Positions 48,481-61,499 of a stretch of 64,000 nt of DNA are shown piece after piece. The position numbers and the translations under genes are program-made. How positions within the stretch are numbered: the first letter of the stretch is position 1; every line of letters starts with the position of its first letter. The notes under the pieces were generated by a model, which was not told the origin of the DNA, made no database searches, and saw only the letters and a list, made by a program, of their open reading frames with translations. This DNA comes from Raillietiella orientalis (lineage: Eukaryota), in NCBI GenBank assembly GCA_036172245.1, contig JAYWIR010000010.1, positions 558,001 through 622,000 of the forward strand. Reading direction: 5' to 3'.

Positions 48481-51400
48481 TGTGTTTCCCGCAAACGAGC
48501 TCTTTGTTCTTCACTACAAGTTGCCCAGCGCTTGTGTGCACTGCTCGGAAACTCGCGCGCGCCTGGGTTCGAGATCTTCACGTTGGTTGCTCCCTTTCTC
48601 CTCATCCACTCGTGCGACGTGGAGGCGGCAGACACTTCGATAACGTCTCATGCAGCATTCATATTGCAGTGCATGCGGTCACACCGAGGTGCTCGTTGAA
48701 TCACAGACACGAAGCGGATCGCTTCCGGAGTATGTAAGATGAACAGTTGCTGGCTAAGGATATGTGCGTGCGTACCGAAACACGATTTCCAAGATTTGCC
48801 GAAAAACAATTCGTAACTGAATATCCAGGGCACATTCTTCCATTCGTCAAAGATGAAGACTGTAGTTTAAAGTGTTTTCCATTTTTACATACACTTTTTT
48901 CTCGAACGTTCAGCCCAGCGACTTTCTTTTTCAAGCCGAAGGACCAAGCAGATCAAAATTATAAAACCTAAACTGTAGATTCTGCATGGCTTCGATTTCA
49001 TTGAAACCGACTTTAATGTTTACCGAGTTTCGAGATGCTTCGCATCCAACGGCTTTGCTGAGGACGTTTCCTAAGATGGTGGAATCTTCTCTGCTTGCGT
49101 TTGCCTTCTGCGAAAGGGATTACACCCGAAGGATGCCGTACGAACATCCTTGCACGGCAGCTCCCTGCTTTTTCGTTAGTCGAGCACCCGCCGCCTCGAC
49201 TGCCCTACACTTTTTCGTGTTCGTTTCCTGCCACGACATGCGTGGTTCACCTCCAGGAAAATCCCTTCGAAGGTATCCCGTGACTCCATCCGCTTTGCAG
49301 TTTGTTGGACGCACGAACAGCACCTTCGAGCGACTTTCCATCCCTTTGCTGATTCAGGTGCTGCAAGAAAGAAAAAAAAAGACTGTTACTATCCACCACC
49401 AAGTTAAGCGCCACATGAAGACTGTACACGAAATAGGAGAGGTGCAGTTAAGATATGGATGCAGGGGTTTCCAGGCAGTCATTCTGTCGAGGAGACTCCG
49501 GACCCGACCACAGACTCCGGACTCTGCTAGGTACAGGAACGATCGTTTATGAAGCCCCTAGATCATTTCTTAGAGGTAAGGGCGACACCTGAGTCAGTCT
49601 TTTCCGATCTCGCTGTGACCGCCGCACCAAGCAGTCCCAGAAAAATGGCACAGCGACCGCGAAGCATCTGAAGCTGATGAAACAGCACTCGAGTATTGCG
49701 AGTCGCAAAGTCTCGAGAACTTGACAGGTCGCGTTCCAGAAGTTTCGGTAGACGTTCGACCGGTCCAGACGGGAGGGAGCTACGCCGCTGCGGCCCTGAG
49801 CATCCTCTTCAGGTGCTGATCCCGCATGCACCTGCTGCCGCGAAGGCAGAGAGAGAGCTCTGTGGTTCCTCCTCCCCGTCTTCTGGATTGCACACGTGAC
49901 CCCGGCGTGCGTTTTCGTTCGCCCTCCACAGCCGAGTCCCTTCCGCGACCGTTTCGCTCGCGCCCGGTCGTTTCACACCTTAGCAAGACGCACTAGAAAG
50001 GGATGCCGTTTGCCGGCGGTGCACGAATGCGGACTTTCGTGTTCGAATCCGCGGATCCGCACGGGGCATTCCGTGCTGACGAGTCGACGAGAGATCGCAA
50101 TCCGAAATGGCAAGAGAAGAACGGGATGATTTCCAGGGATGGCGAAACTTTCTAGTGTCTAAACTGAGCTTCCGCTGGAGGCACCCGGATTCGTTTGGCT
50201 TGCCCTTGGATTTTCCCTCAGGTACAGAATGCAGTTTTCTTCGCCAGAACAGCATCCTTCAAAAACTCGGGAAATTTTTGCGAATCCATCGGCTTTCGAA
50301 CCAAAGCAACTGTTTGCTCGAATTCGCGCCCTTGGAGGTACGAAAATCCTAAACACTTATTTGATACAAATTTCAGGGAACGCCTCTCGACCCGGTTGCG
50401 CCAGTAACAGGCATCGAGATGAATATAATTTGCCGATCGTTGTCACAGATGATGGATACTGTGCAGCAAGATTGGTGTAATATTTTAAAGGGGTGCGCAC
50501 GTGTTAGCGAAATTAATGTGCTGATTTTAATCAAAAGTACCATCACTCACAAAGTGCTGACTTACGCTATTAAACAAATGGAATTTTTTTTTGCTTTTCC
50601 TTTTTTTTTTTAAAAAAGTCTCTGTTTCCTTCGGAAGTTTGCAGAAGACCAACGAACTGCATACTTTGTCGTTTCCTTTTGTTTTCTTTCTTGCAGCTAT
50701 TTTGTTTTCTTTTTTTTTCCAATGAAAGTCTTGGATTCAATTTGAGAGTGCAGTTGCGGGGAACGACTCCCGTGGAATGGACGACAGGCGGAATTTCACC
50801 GTCCCCTTGATCGAGTGGTTGAGGAAACGCACCTTCCGTTCGGATTCGAATTTGCGGCGAATTCCTGAAAAGTGGTCCTTTAAACGAGGGGACCAACCAC
50901 AAAGGGAAAAACGAAACCAAGAGGAGGCGGAAGAAGAAGAAGGGAAAAGGAAAGCGGGGTATTCCAACGGCATCCTGAGCCGGGGAAACCGGAGAACCTC
51001 TTTCGACGGACAGCAAGTTTTCCCGCTCCGGTTCGGCGTTGCATCTCTTCTTTTTCCCCTTCCGTTCTCCCGTACCACTTTGCCGACTTCTCCTCCGCGC
51101 TGATGAAAGATTGCGAAATCGAATCAACTCCGGAATGGAACTTTCCTCCAGCGGAACAAATGTAAGCAAATGTATTTGGATCCCCCCCCCCCCCAGAATG
51201 TTAAGACCTGCAAGAGTTTGCTTTCTTTCCGGAGTGGGGGGGGGAGGAAGGAGCGAAGATGATCTCAAAGCAATCCGCGCTTCAAGGGTTCCATGGAAAA
51301 ACGCACCTGAGAGCGGAATGGAGTTCCTCATAATGCAACGAACCAAATTCAAAAAGCGAACGTAAGGGAAGCCAAAAAAAAAAAAAAAACACGCGGCGCG

Positions 51401-52044
51401 CGCGCACGTAAAAAGCGACTGCCTGGGCGCTACACACTTAAGATCTGAATCTGATGTATTTTTTTTTCTGCGATGAAGAAAGAAAACACACTCACACACA
51501 CACACACACATACACAGTCTACCAAAGTCGTTGGTTCCTAACTGGACTCGGGGCTCCTCCTTTTCCTGGATGGTCCAGTTTTCGTTTCGCAGAGGTCACC
51601 CATTTTCAATTAGGGGTCTCCGCAAGACATCCATGTTAGGCTACAGTCATTTACATTTCGTTTCACACGTTCCTCGTGTTGTACCACTAGTCCACTTTAA
51701 TCAGTTACTATCACCACCACCACCACCACGCGGCAGAAGGCGTTTTGCTCCTTTCGTGAATGGAATGCATGGATTTCTCACCGTGGCTCGCAGTCACGAA
51801 CAAAGATGGCGGATTCTCTTTGCCGCCTGGATCGTTTCCTAGCGACGCGTGAGGCGGGAGTGTCTACAATTGCGATTGTCGCTTCCCCTGCGTGAGATTT
51901 CGCGATTCCTTTCACCATCTTGTGGCCAGTTTCCGAACTACGCAAGTCCCCGACGCATTGCCAGCTTCTCCTGGATGCTTAAACACGATTCTGGAATTCT
52001 GCGCCGCCGGGATGCAGCAAGCACTTATCCCTGGAAGTGCACGA

Positions 52045-52047
<3 letters not shown>

Positions 52048-52082
<35 letters not shown>
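52048..52082. repeat. (TA)n microsatellite
   Basis: Directly visible. Confidence 0.95.
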
Positions 52083-52086
<4 letters not shown>

Positions 52087-52199
52087 AGACTTCATTAATT
52101 AATTTCGGGATTCTTATTCTCACTCAGGGACGCTGGGAAACAGCCAGCAACGGCGACGCGAAGACACAAATGATTTCTCGAAGAGCAAAACCGTGTGGA

Positions 52200-53000
52200 G
52201 TGGAAAAAGAGATCTGACACTCTCCCACAAATGAGCGCGTTGCTGTGGGTTCGCGCCCAGAGGCTTCTGCGAATGCCGTGGCGCACAGTCTTCATGTCTC
52301 GAGGTTCCTCTGTAAGAGCTAATCCTTTTGCCGCGGTAGGGAATTCTCGAGAAAGTTTTCCCACGTGACCTTGAGACACATCCAGTCCACTTGACTGCGA
52401 CAGTAGGTGGTGGCATCTTGGGGAACTTTCCTGCACACAACTGGAGGCCACCGTTTTCGCAGGCCTCGCGCTGATTAAAGCATTACTCGGGAGCTGGCCG
52501 TCGCTGGACACGGGGGAGTGTGGATGCCAGCTGTGGAAGGCGCGGCGAGAAGGAGGCCCTCCCGCATCTTCTGCTGGACCCTGCCACCCCCAGGTCCCTT
52601 TGGAACAGTCTCTCGATGACCCTAGGAATCCCGGCTGGCGACCCCAGGGACATCTGCTAACGCCTCTTCGTGCGCGCCACACTGCCACCGGCCGCGACCC
52701 TTGCAGTGCCCTGCTGTCTTCGCGGGATCGTGGCGGCGTGGAAGGCCAGAATCGAAGGGACGCCATCCACTAGGCGTGAATCTTCCTGAGGACCGCCTCG
52801 AGATGGCCCCCACCTGGGCGAGATACGGACAGAACTTTTGCCAGCATCCTCGACAGGATGGCGAGGACGTCTGCCAGAGAAGTGTGATGCCATCCCTGGT
52901 GCCCTCCCCTTCCCTAGTGAAAGTTTTCTTCCCGTTTTTCTCTCTTTTGTTTGTTTCCTCTTTTTCTTTTTCCTTTTTTTTGCCGGTTTTCCCTTCTCCG
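52200..53000 (+). mobile_element. Degenerate LINE 3' fragment (same family)
   Basis: Encodes DASCGRRGEKEALPHLLLD...SLWNSL (~52520-52610) and FLRTASRWP/HLGEIR (~52785-52830); T-rich tail. Confidence 0.7.
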
Positions 53001-54624
53001 TCGCTGTGGAAACGGATCTCGCGGGTGTTCGTACCGGTCGTGGCAAGTCCCGAGCACGTGGTGAAACCGAGTGTTTCACCACGCTTGAACACTTCTAATG
53101 GACTTTCATCATGGTTTTGTTTAATGATAAATGACTCCTTGCAAAACCAGGTGGAAACTTGGAGTCGGCTCTCCGAGTGTCAGCGTCTGAACTCCTTCCC
53201 CGCTGGCTATCCTGAACTTTGGATCTTCTTCGAAACCCCTCTTGTTTTTTCTTCATGTCTGCTGCCTCAACCACCACCAGCTCCAGGCTTTTTCGATCAT
53301 CCCGCACGTTCTTCCCGGTCGTGTTGGTGCCGCTTGCAAATTCTCTGCTTCCGGTGGAAGGCCTGCCTGCTTTCCTCTGGACTGGGTGCCCAAATCAAGC
53401 GGTGGCGGCGAGAGCTGATGCTGCTCGAGGGAGGGGGATTCGCGGAAGTCCCGGACAGACACTCAGATTGGTAGTGATACCGGAGAGGTCTTCCGGGAAG
53501 TGTTTCTTGCAAGAATGGAGATCGCATAAAAGGCTCGCTAATCGTCGTATTCAGTCCAGGGAGTTTCCAGGATAACCCACGGGCGTTTTCGCATCCAATC
53601 CCTTCGTTTCCCCTGAACCCGGGTCACTCTTCCCGTCCTTCATCTTTCGGGACGTCTGCGCAGAATGGAACCACAAGTTCTTCCATTTGTCTTTCGCCGG
53701 ACACGCTCCGGCCGCTTCTCCAGAAATGCAATTCCTCCTCCTCCTTCTTCATGGGTTTTCGCTCACAGTCGTCGTCGGCTGCCTTCTTCGGGACGCAGCG
53801 GCTTACCGCATGCACCCAGATGCCTCTCGCCCAAAGTCGTTCTTGCACCTGCTGCTCACCCTCCGCTTCCTCAGCGAAGGTGCTCAAGGCTTGTCGTCAT
53901 CTAACCGAACAGGAGTTTCCATGGAGTCTCCTCAAATGGAGCCGGCGAACCGGCCGTTCTGAGGAGGCGCAGCCGAGCGGGTCCGGAGGGAGGGTCATCG
54001 ATGGGGAAAAACACGCGCGAGCTCCGGCCGAGACCGGGTGTGGCAGGAAGGTCTTTTTTCCAGTTCTGCATCACCCCCGCCAGAAGTCTACAAGGTGAAG
54101 CAACGGTACCTGCAGACCGCAGCCGGTCAGATGCGGAAAATTAAGTGGGCGACAGCGATCACCTTCGGTTGGTCACAGAAGTCCCCCCTCCCCCTTCTTG
54201 GTGGCGGCGGATTCCATCCGTCAGCCTTGCCTTGGCGCGAGCAGCAGCATGCCGTCGCTCTTTCTGCTTCGTAACGAACCAGGAGCCCCTGCTTTTGCCA
54301 TGGGCCTCGGCTACGGACACTCCACCCCAGATGGAACGGGCTCTGAAGATCGTTGCCTGCACCGTCACCCGCTCAGCGCAGCGCCTTCGGCACTCTCCTC
54401 CTCTTCCCTCCCCGGAACTGGCAGGAATCAGGATCTGACCCTTCTCCTCCTGCATCTATCGGAGCGCTCGCACCAGTTCCGGACAAGAGACGCCTTCCCG
54501 GCGAAACCCAGCGGTCTCTCACGGGCAACCGCTCTTGCGAGAGTTTCCGGACTTCCCTACTTGCTTCCTCTTTGCAGCCTGCAAGGTCTCATCCCGGAGC
54601 AACCTCTGAAGCCTCTGCGAGACC

Positions 54625-55200
54625 CGCGTGCGGCTGAGGTGGCCTCCTTGGGAGCGGCAGACCGTGCGTCGCGGGTTCGAATCCTAGCTGGGGCGAAGGG
54701 TCGACGCCGAGAATGGGAGGCGCGCACGTAGTGGGTTTCTAGTGTCGCCCCCCCTCGCGGGATGATGCTGGTTGGACTACAGGCTTCGAATGCGGCGACC
54801 CCGGTGGAAGCCCCAATCAACTGGCCGGGGTGGGGAAGTGCACCCTCCGGGGTCATTCCAGAACATCAAGGGTTCCTCCCGAGTTCCCCCCCGGTTGCGA
54901 AAAGGGAGTCATCATCGCGTACCAAGGAGCTGGTGAACCGGTACCTCTCCAGAGTGTCAAGAAGTGGTCTGCTCCCTTCGGGGAGAATGAATGTGGGAGG
55001 CGTCCATTCGGGGTTCCCTCCGAGGGATGGAAGAAATAGCGGTGCTCACGAACCGGGGGGTCCCTCCAAAGAGAACAATGAAGAGGGGTTTTCCCTCCGG
55101 GGTTCCCTTCGGAGACAACCAGGGCGGTAGGGTTCTCTCCGGGACTCCCCTCCCTCCCAAGCGCAAGAAAGGAACGGACTCCTTCCTTCCTCCACCGCAC
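54625..55200 (+). mobile_element. tRNA-headed repeat, copy B
   Basis: Perfect B-box GGTTCGAATCC at 54674-54684; tgcgtcgcgggttcgaat is identical to copy C; body is collinear with A and C. Confidence 0.75.
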
Positions 55201-55509
55201 TCGGTGCACACGAGCAGCCGCCGCTCCATGGTCATGACCTTATCGGGGAGGATCTTTGGAGTCACCCCAAGCGGGGGGAGGGGCGCAAGAGACCGGGATC
55301 CTGGCGGCCACAGCAACGAAGCGAAGACGGATGTCTCCGAACGAGACAATTCGGTAAATCGGTGGGCACCTTCCCGTGGCGGGCTGCGCCGGGCCGGAGC
55401 CTCCCTCAGGGCAGCTGGACCTCGGGAAGAGATAGCCTCCTCCTCCTCCCCTTCTCGCTCTTCCGATGGCTGATAGGGTCTGGTGCCCGCCGGGTGAACC
55501 CTGCCAGCG

Positions 55510-56660
55510 GATGCCGCTCTTGGAGTGTCGGTTGCCATGGGCGACGAAGGAGAGTCCGGTCACGAGACTGCCTGGAACCGCCGCTGCCTGCGCAGATGGC
55601 TCTCCGGCAAGACCCTGGAGGTCTGACGTGTTCCACGAGAGCAGACTCCGGAGCTATCCTTCCGAAGCGGAGCCCCCAACGATGCTGGAGTCTCCTCCTT
55701 GGATCCCAAGCTCCCTCTGAAACGCGGGCTCAGCTCCCTTCACCAACGGCAGTGGAACAAGGTGGTGGAAGCTGTGCGCTCAGTTCCGCTAGTTTCGTCC
55801 TCACCCCTTTCCTTCCTCCCTCCCCATCTGGTAATGTGGGCCTTCCCGCCCTCTTGGAGACAAAGAGCGGAACCGCGGGAGTGGCGTGCAGCCTCGCGGT
55901 CCGGCTGCCGCGGGCCCCAGTCCGGCTGCACCGAATCCTTCGAGGCCGCATTTGGCCGATCGTGGTGACCGTACCCGAGGTCGAGTTCCTCCACGGTGCG
56001 GGCCAGAACCGCGCCAGAACCTTCGGGTCGGTCTCGTGCTCTGCAGGTGTTCCTCGATCAGTCCCAGGATGCTCGAAAGACTATCGGACCGTTGCTCAGG
56101 AACCGAGTGACCATTCTCCCTGGTCCAGAGCGCACACAACCGGACCCCACGGCAGGACGAGGAGCGTGGAGCATGCGTCGACCCCCCGGAGTGGCTCCGT
56201 CGGACTTTGAGGAACTTGGAGAGAATCTACCGACCCTGAAAATAAACAGCCACGACGGGGAGCCTCCGTTTGGAGCGGGAAGGGGGGAGGGGAGAGAGGA
56301 GGGGGGGGATACCGCCCCGCGGAACTTCGGGAAAGGATACTGCCTTCTTCCTCGGATACTCCGGAAGAGCTCCTCCCGCAGAAGGAAACGGGGGAAGCCA
56401 CCGCGGGCGGACCACTTCCGGGCAAGGGATGAAACGGGAAGATCCTATCCGCACCCGCGAGGCAGCCGGACCTTGAAGGATCCTGGAAATGACGATGATC
56501 TCTTCGGCATTAGTTTCAAGGGGAGGAAGATCCCTGCTGGAGGGAGTGACTTCCCGACTGCGCGGGAGCTGCCTCTTTTTCTCATAGCGCACGAGACTCG
56601 GGCGGCCATTTTGGAAGAATCTGTGCTGGCCGAAGACTGGCTCCTGAAGGATAATTGAAT
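55510..56660 (+). mobile_element. Degenerate APE-type endonuclease region of a LINE ORF2
   Basis: Ordered motif remnants across frameshifts: SWSVG (cf. SWNVxG), DVFHESR (cf. DxxxLQET), TAGVA, GRIW, PSDHSP (SDH). Confidence 0.5.
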
Positions 56661-56823
56661 TTTAAAAAAAAAAACATTGAAAACGTTGGCCGATGGGAAC
56701 AGATCGAAAGTTCATGCTGCACTTCTCTTCTCCTGTGGGACGTTGAAGGAACAGGGACCGCGACAACATGAAGCTGGGAGCGACGAGGTGCCGAAGAGAA
56801 TGGCAGAAACCACGGAAAATAGG

Positions 56824-56901
56824 TACTCTATTTAGATACGTAGATACTCCATTTAGAAGTGCTGCTCTATTCAGATGCGTAGGTAAGCCATTAAGGACGC
56901 C
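56824..56901. repeat. Two degenerate 39-bp tandem units
   Basis: tactctatttagatacgtagata... versus tgctctattcagatgcgtaggta... Confidence 0.7.
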
Positions 56902-59084
56902 GTCTTTCATCACAGATAACCTTGATTTCCCACCCTCCCCCATTTGCACCAGGTCCATTGCCCCGTGCCGACCGCTAAAACGTGAAAAAATAAAAGATGC
57001 TGGCACTGAAAATTCTTCCTCATCTCTACTGACCGGTCGATTTTCTTTTGCAATTAGGCTTTGTTTTGCCGATGGCCATTGCCTTATCTCTCTTTTTCGA
57101 GTTCGCCGTTTGCTGAAATTCCGCGTGGCTTGCCGGACACATCTCCTCCATGCTGTTACCGACGAGTGACATGGAACTGGTCTTTTTCTCTCTGCTGGGG
57201 AAACGCCTGGCATGCCCATCTCTTCCCAGCATCCACAGCAGCAGAAGGTTTCGCCGTCCGATCGGCTTTCGTTTCTTCATCTCCCCTCAAACCAAGCACG
57301 CCATCCTCTCCCAGCTCGCCCCAAGAAGTCCTGTATGGCTGCCCGTTGGTCAAGCTGCCCTTCGACATCCCTGACGCTCCGAATTTCCATCCCCCTCCGA
57401 ACATCGCGTTCGATTTGCAGCTGCACGGCAACTTCCCCTTGGAGCAGGGGGATAGCGTTCCAGCTTATCCGTGCTACGAACACGAGTGCACGGTGATGCT
57501 GACGTTCTCGCCTCCAGCATCAGGGCAGGCATCATGTACATCGTGGTGTCGGCGGTCTCTTCCTCGATCAGGTCGACGACATTGTCGGTTCCTCTTGACT
57601 CTTCTCTGCGTCGCTCGGGAACCACCGACCGGCGGGAGGAGCGTTCCCACATAGCGCAGCCAGTGCGGCCCCAGGCCGCGACTCGGCCACGGGATCGCCC
57701 GTCATGGAAGCCCACAGGCTGCCGCCTTTTCCTCCTCCTCCTTGGGTCCTGCGTCCGGAAGCTTGCTTCCTCCGCGGTTCGCGTCCTGAGGCGAGTCACG
57801 GCCACCTTTGCGCTTCCGCACGCCGCCGGAGCTTCCCCAGTTGGTTCGACTCACCCTGGAAGCACCCCGAATCCTGTGGCGCTGCTTCACCGCTTCTCGC
57901 AAGAACTCGCGCTGCTCCTGCCCGTTCGGGCAGCTTCCTCCTCCTCTTTTTTCCGCTCGTGATCAACCACTTGCACAGATTCCCGCCACATTCACGTGGA
58001 CGCAGCAGAGCTTACGATCTGTGACCACTCCACCGAGCGCTCGCCGGTTCTCACCCGACCATACACCTTCAGACTCCCATTCGATCGGGTTCATCCCTCG
58101 AAATGCCCCTTTGACTTTTATTTTTTGTGTGCGTACGTTCGGTTGAACCTCTCCTCGTGGAAGTTTTCGAGGGGCAAAGCAGCTCTAGAGATGTGTTTCC
58201 CATCACCTAAGAAGCCGAGCAAGAGGTGCGTTACGTCGCCTTACATTTTGTGAAATCACCTCCAGCAGAAGGAGGTCTTTCTTAACGAAATTCTCCTCAA
58301 ACCGAAAGCGGTGGCGCAGGGAAGACTCGGCTGCAGGAGCCTATTACGTGCGCCACTGAACATTTGGATGCAGTTCTTGAGTCCGGCGGCCTTGGGAAGA
58401 TGGACTGACGAAGAAATGTCCGTAAGTCCCTCCTAAACATCAAGCGGTGCGAGCTGCTGCTCTGCGATGTCGTCCTTGGGGCAAGTGTTTTGCTGCTTGT
58501 TAACTGGGGCAGAGTTTTGATGCCGAGTCGGTTAAGCCGAACCACCTGCCGGACCGAGAAAGGTGGGCGCTCTTTGCTCTTTGCGAACGAGGCGGACAAT
58601 TCCTCTTGAGCAGCTGCCACGGAGGCGAAGAGGCAGAGGTCGCAACAGCGTTTTCAGAGCAGGTGGAGTCATCTTGAGGGGCTCGAAGAGCGCCCGCAGC
58701 AGAAGGGCGAAGGAGCAGTCTCCGCCCTTGCTGGGTCGAAGCCATCCCCCGCCCAGACGCGAGACCGATCGCACGAGACCACGGGCCGAAGATCCAGGCG
58801 CGCGTGGATCGGCGCGCGGCGAGCAGGAGCCCCTCGTTTTCGGGAAAACGACACGATTCCGAGGAGTTTCCACAAGAGGCTCAGCCCGTAGTGTGGCGCA
58901 CGACTCCAAAGAGTTGCAGCACGCGCAATGACAGCGTTCTTCCGCGGCGACGCTCCTCCCGAGAATCCTTCACTCATCCGCTCACTGCTTCCTGCGAACG
59001 GAATGCGTATTTATTTTCTTCATCGATCCTGCTGTTCTTTTGTTTTTATTTCCATTTGCCACCCTTAACGGTAGATAACGTGTT

Positions 59085-59215
59085 GATAACATACGTGATA
59101 TGCGGTTGGACATCGGCAGAACAGCATAATGCTAACGGGATGTTGGGACTGTTGGACATTGGCGGAATACCATATTTACAACGTACGTGATGTGTACAGC
59201 TGGACACGAATAGGA
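59085..59215. repeat. Degenerate ~46-48 bp minisatellite (about 3 units)
   Basis: tggaca(t/c) cores at ~59107, ~59153 and ~59201; aac(a/g)tacgtgat is repeated. Confidence 0.55.
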
Positions 59216-61499
59216 TGTTTATAATCCAACGATGTGGCCACGCACATATGCAGATGTGCTAACTATCTCGTGGCGTATAATTCGTAAATTTATGGCTGAA
59301 GCCGTTACGACATGATTTTTTAATAACTCGCATCTTCACTATATTTTCTCCTCGAGGGCTATTAGCAACGTGGATGGTGACGCGTATCCGGAATTCTGAA
59401 CGCTGATCATTCAAAGTTTTCCTTGCAGCTTCCATCTCAAGGAAAATCCCGGACCGCGGTATTTCTCTGCATGCCCGTGTGAGCGGATAGATATGTGCAT
59501 AAGTGTGCGAAAGACATGGCGGAAGGGTGGCCGCTCGAAAAACGAAAAGAAAGACGGAAATGGGCTCCATGCTACTGCTGCGATGGTCAGGTGATCAGCA
59601 CATTCTTTTTCATCTCTCTAGAGTTGGCCGCTTTCGAAGGTGCTCGAGGCACACGGGTTGTGCTTATGTAGATGGGTTTCCTTATAACTGTAGAGAGCTT
59701 CTTGTGCGGAGAAATGAGGAGCTAATCACCGCCTTTCGCAAGCGTAATTACGATGGTACGGAAACAGGGGCATTCGTCTCGGAAATCAATCCCGAGGTTT
59801 CCATGCATGTCCAATAGATGTCAGGAGGTATTGTTTTGGGTCAAAGTGCTCCCACGCAAGAGGGATGCGGTTGTCGTTAAGCCCAAAGGCAACAAACGGA
59901 TGATCTAGTGAAGAATGCGGGAGCTACCTTGTGTGTCGGGGAGGGAAACGGTTCTGGATGAAGTTTTTGCGGACCCCGCCGACAAGCAGTGCTGATGGTG
60001 GATGCGCGGAAAGGAATTTCGTCTGCGAACGCGAAGGGAATGCCGGTGAGTTTTTCGCATCGCTGTCGCACGCCCGTTTTTGCGAAGCAGACGGAGGAGC
60101 AGCGCCAAGCGGAGGCGGCGGCGCACTGCCGACGTTGAGGTCATTTCGCTGCGCGAAGCGGTGCGGGGTCACGTCGGGTGAGAGGCAGCTTCTTCCCTGG
60201 AGCCTCGGCACTTTGGCGATGTTTCCTTGCCGCGGCCCGCGTGCGTGTTGGCCGGTTTTCTTCCTCTCCCTCCCTCCCTTTGGGACCGGGTCGCCGGCGG
60301 ACGAGCAAATCGGAGACGGGGCCCCTGCCTTTTCGGACGGAAAGGGGTACAAGGAGCAAGTGGACGTGCCTGCGGCGAGCCGCGGTCGTAGCGATCCCCT
60401 CCTGCCTGGACGAGAAGAGCGGGCAACCCCGATGAGCATCCGCGTCGGGTTGCGAACCGGAGGCTGAAATCTGCTGCCGAGCGGGGGATGCATGGCGGCG
60501 CGTTGCCATGCTAATTGCGTCGCGTCCTTCCAGCTAATTGCATCTGATGGCGGCGGCTGCAACGTACTTTCACGATGGCCACGGGGGTTTCCGGATCCTG
60601 CGAGCCGGGTCTGCGCCCGTGCCGCCGGAGCGCTCTCCTTCTGGAGCGTCCTTTTCCCCTTCGCGCGCAGCTTCCCCCCATTCCGCCCCCATCCCCCGCC
60701 CTCGCGCAGCCGCGCGCGTCGCCGCGATCCGTTGCGCAACTCTACGTCGTCGTTCTTTGTCGTCGCCGGGCTTTTTTAATTTGCCAGTCGGGGTGGGATG
60801 GGAGGTGGAGGCACCTCAGCGCCCAACCGCCACCGCCGCGGATGGACGGCTCTCCTTGCGTTCCGACACCCCGAGCGAAAGACACGACTCTTCCAGATAA
60901 GTACGTCTCCCGGTTTGCTCCTTTCGGCTTTTCGTGGGTCTCTGCGTGCGCTGGGAGGGGTCCACGAAGCGTTACGGCCGGGGGCCCGTGGACTGCTGCA
61001 GGAGGGCGGGGGCGCCACGGGGCTCCCTGGCGGTTCGCACCATGACCGTCCTCGGAAGGGGAGACGGTGTGTGGATGGGGAAGCGGCCCAACGGATCTTC
61101 CCCCTTCCTCTCCCCGGTTCGGTGACTTGCAGATTTTAGGGTGCACAGCCGGCGAGAAATTTCGATCCGTGAATTCGCGGCATCCTCGGGCCTGTTTCCA
61201 GGACGACAGGGACGGGAGCGGGTCCACTGACACCGTCAGCGTTTGCCGTCCACGCGAACGAAGGCCGTCCACCGTGTTCCGCGGAAGAAACCGCTCTCTT
61301 CCTGCTGTTGCCGGCGCGCCTCCAGAACGCCGCTTCCGTTACAGGAGGCACCGCGGGCGACCATAGGGTTTCCCGCGCGTACGGACGGCGCGAGCACCTC
61401 ATCAAGGTGCCCCCCTCTCCCCCTCCCCTTATCCGCCTTCGAGTCGCCGAGGTTTTCGCAGCAGACCGAGCGAGGCCACCGAGAATCCTCCGGCGCAGT

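Larger units (their letters stand above)
45400..49147 (-). pseudogene. Multi-exon gene relic of unknown product, interrupted by the LINE and tRNA-headed insertions (46810-48480)
   Basis: Exons 49147-49024, 48967-48893 and 48859-48776 splice GT-AG in frame (basic N-terminus, hydrophobic GFIILICLVL, FDEWKNVPWIFSYELFF). Further GT-AG-bounded segments with stop codons lie below 46800. Confidence 0.35.

Noticed and set aside
54060..54180. Protein-like peptide PPEVYKVKQRYLQTAAGQMRKIKWATAITFG
   Set aside because: It looks coding, but I cannot assign a family or link it to other exons.
59085..59135. PHD-finger-like RCPTAYHVC on the minus strand
   Set aside because: It falls in a degenerate minisatellite and the other Cys ligands are absent.
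56660..59900. Possible further minus-strand gene or pseudogene
   Set aside because: There are scattered splice-like signals, but I could not build a consistent frame or recognise a domain.
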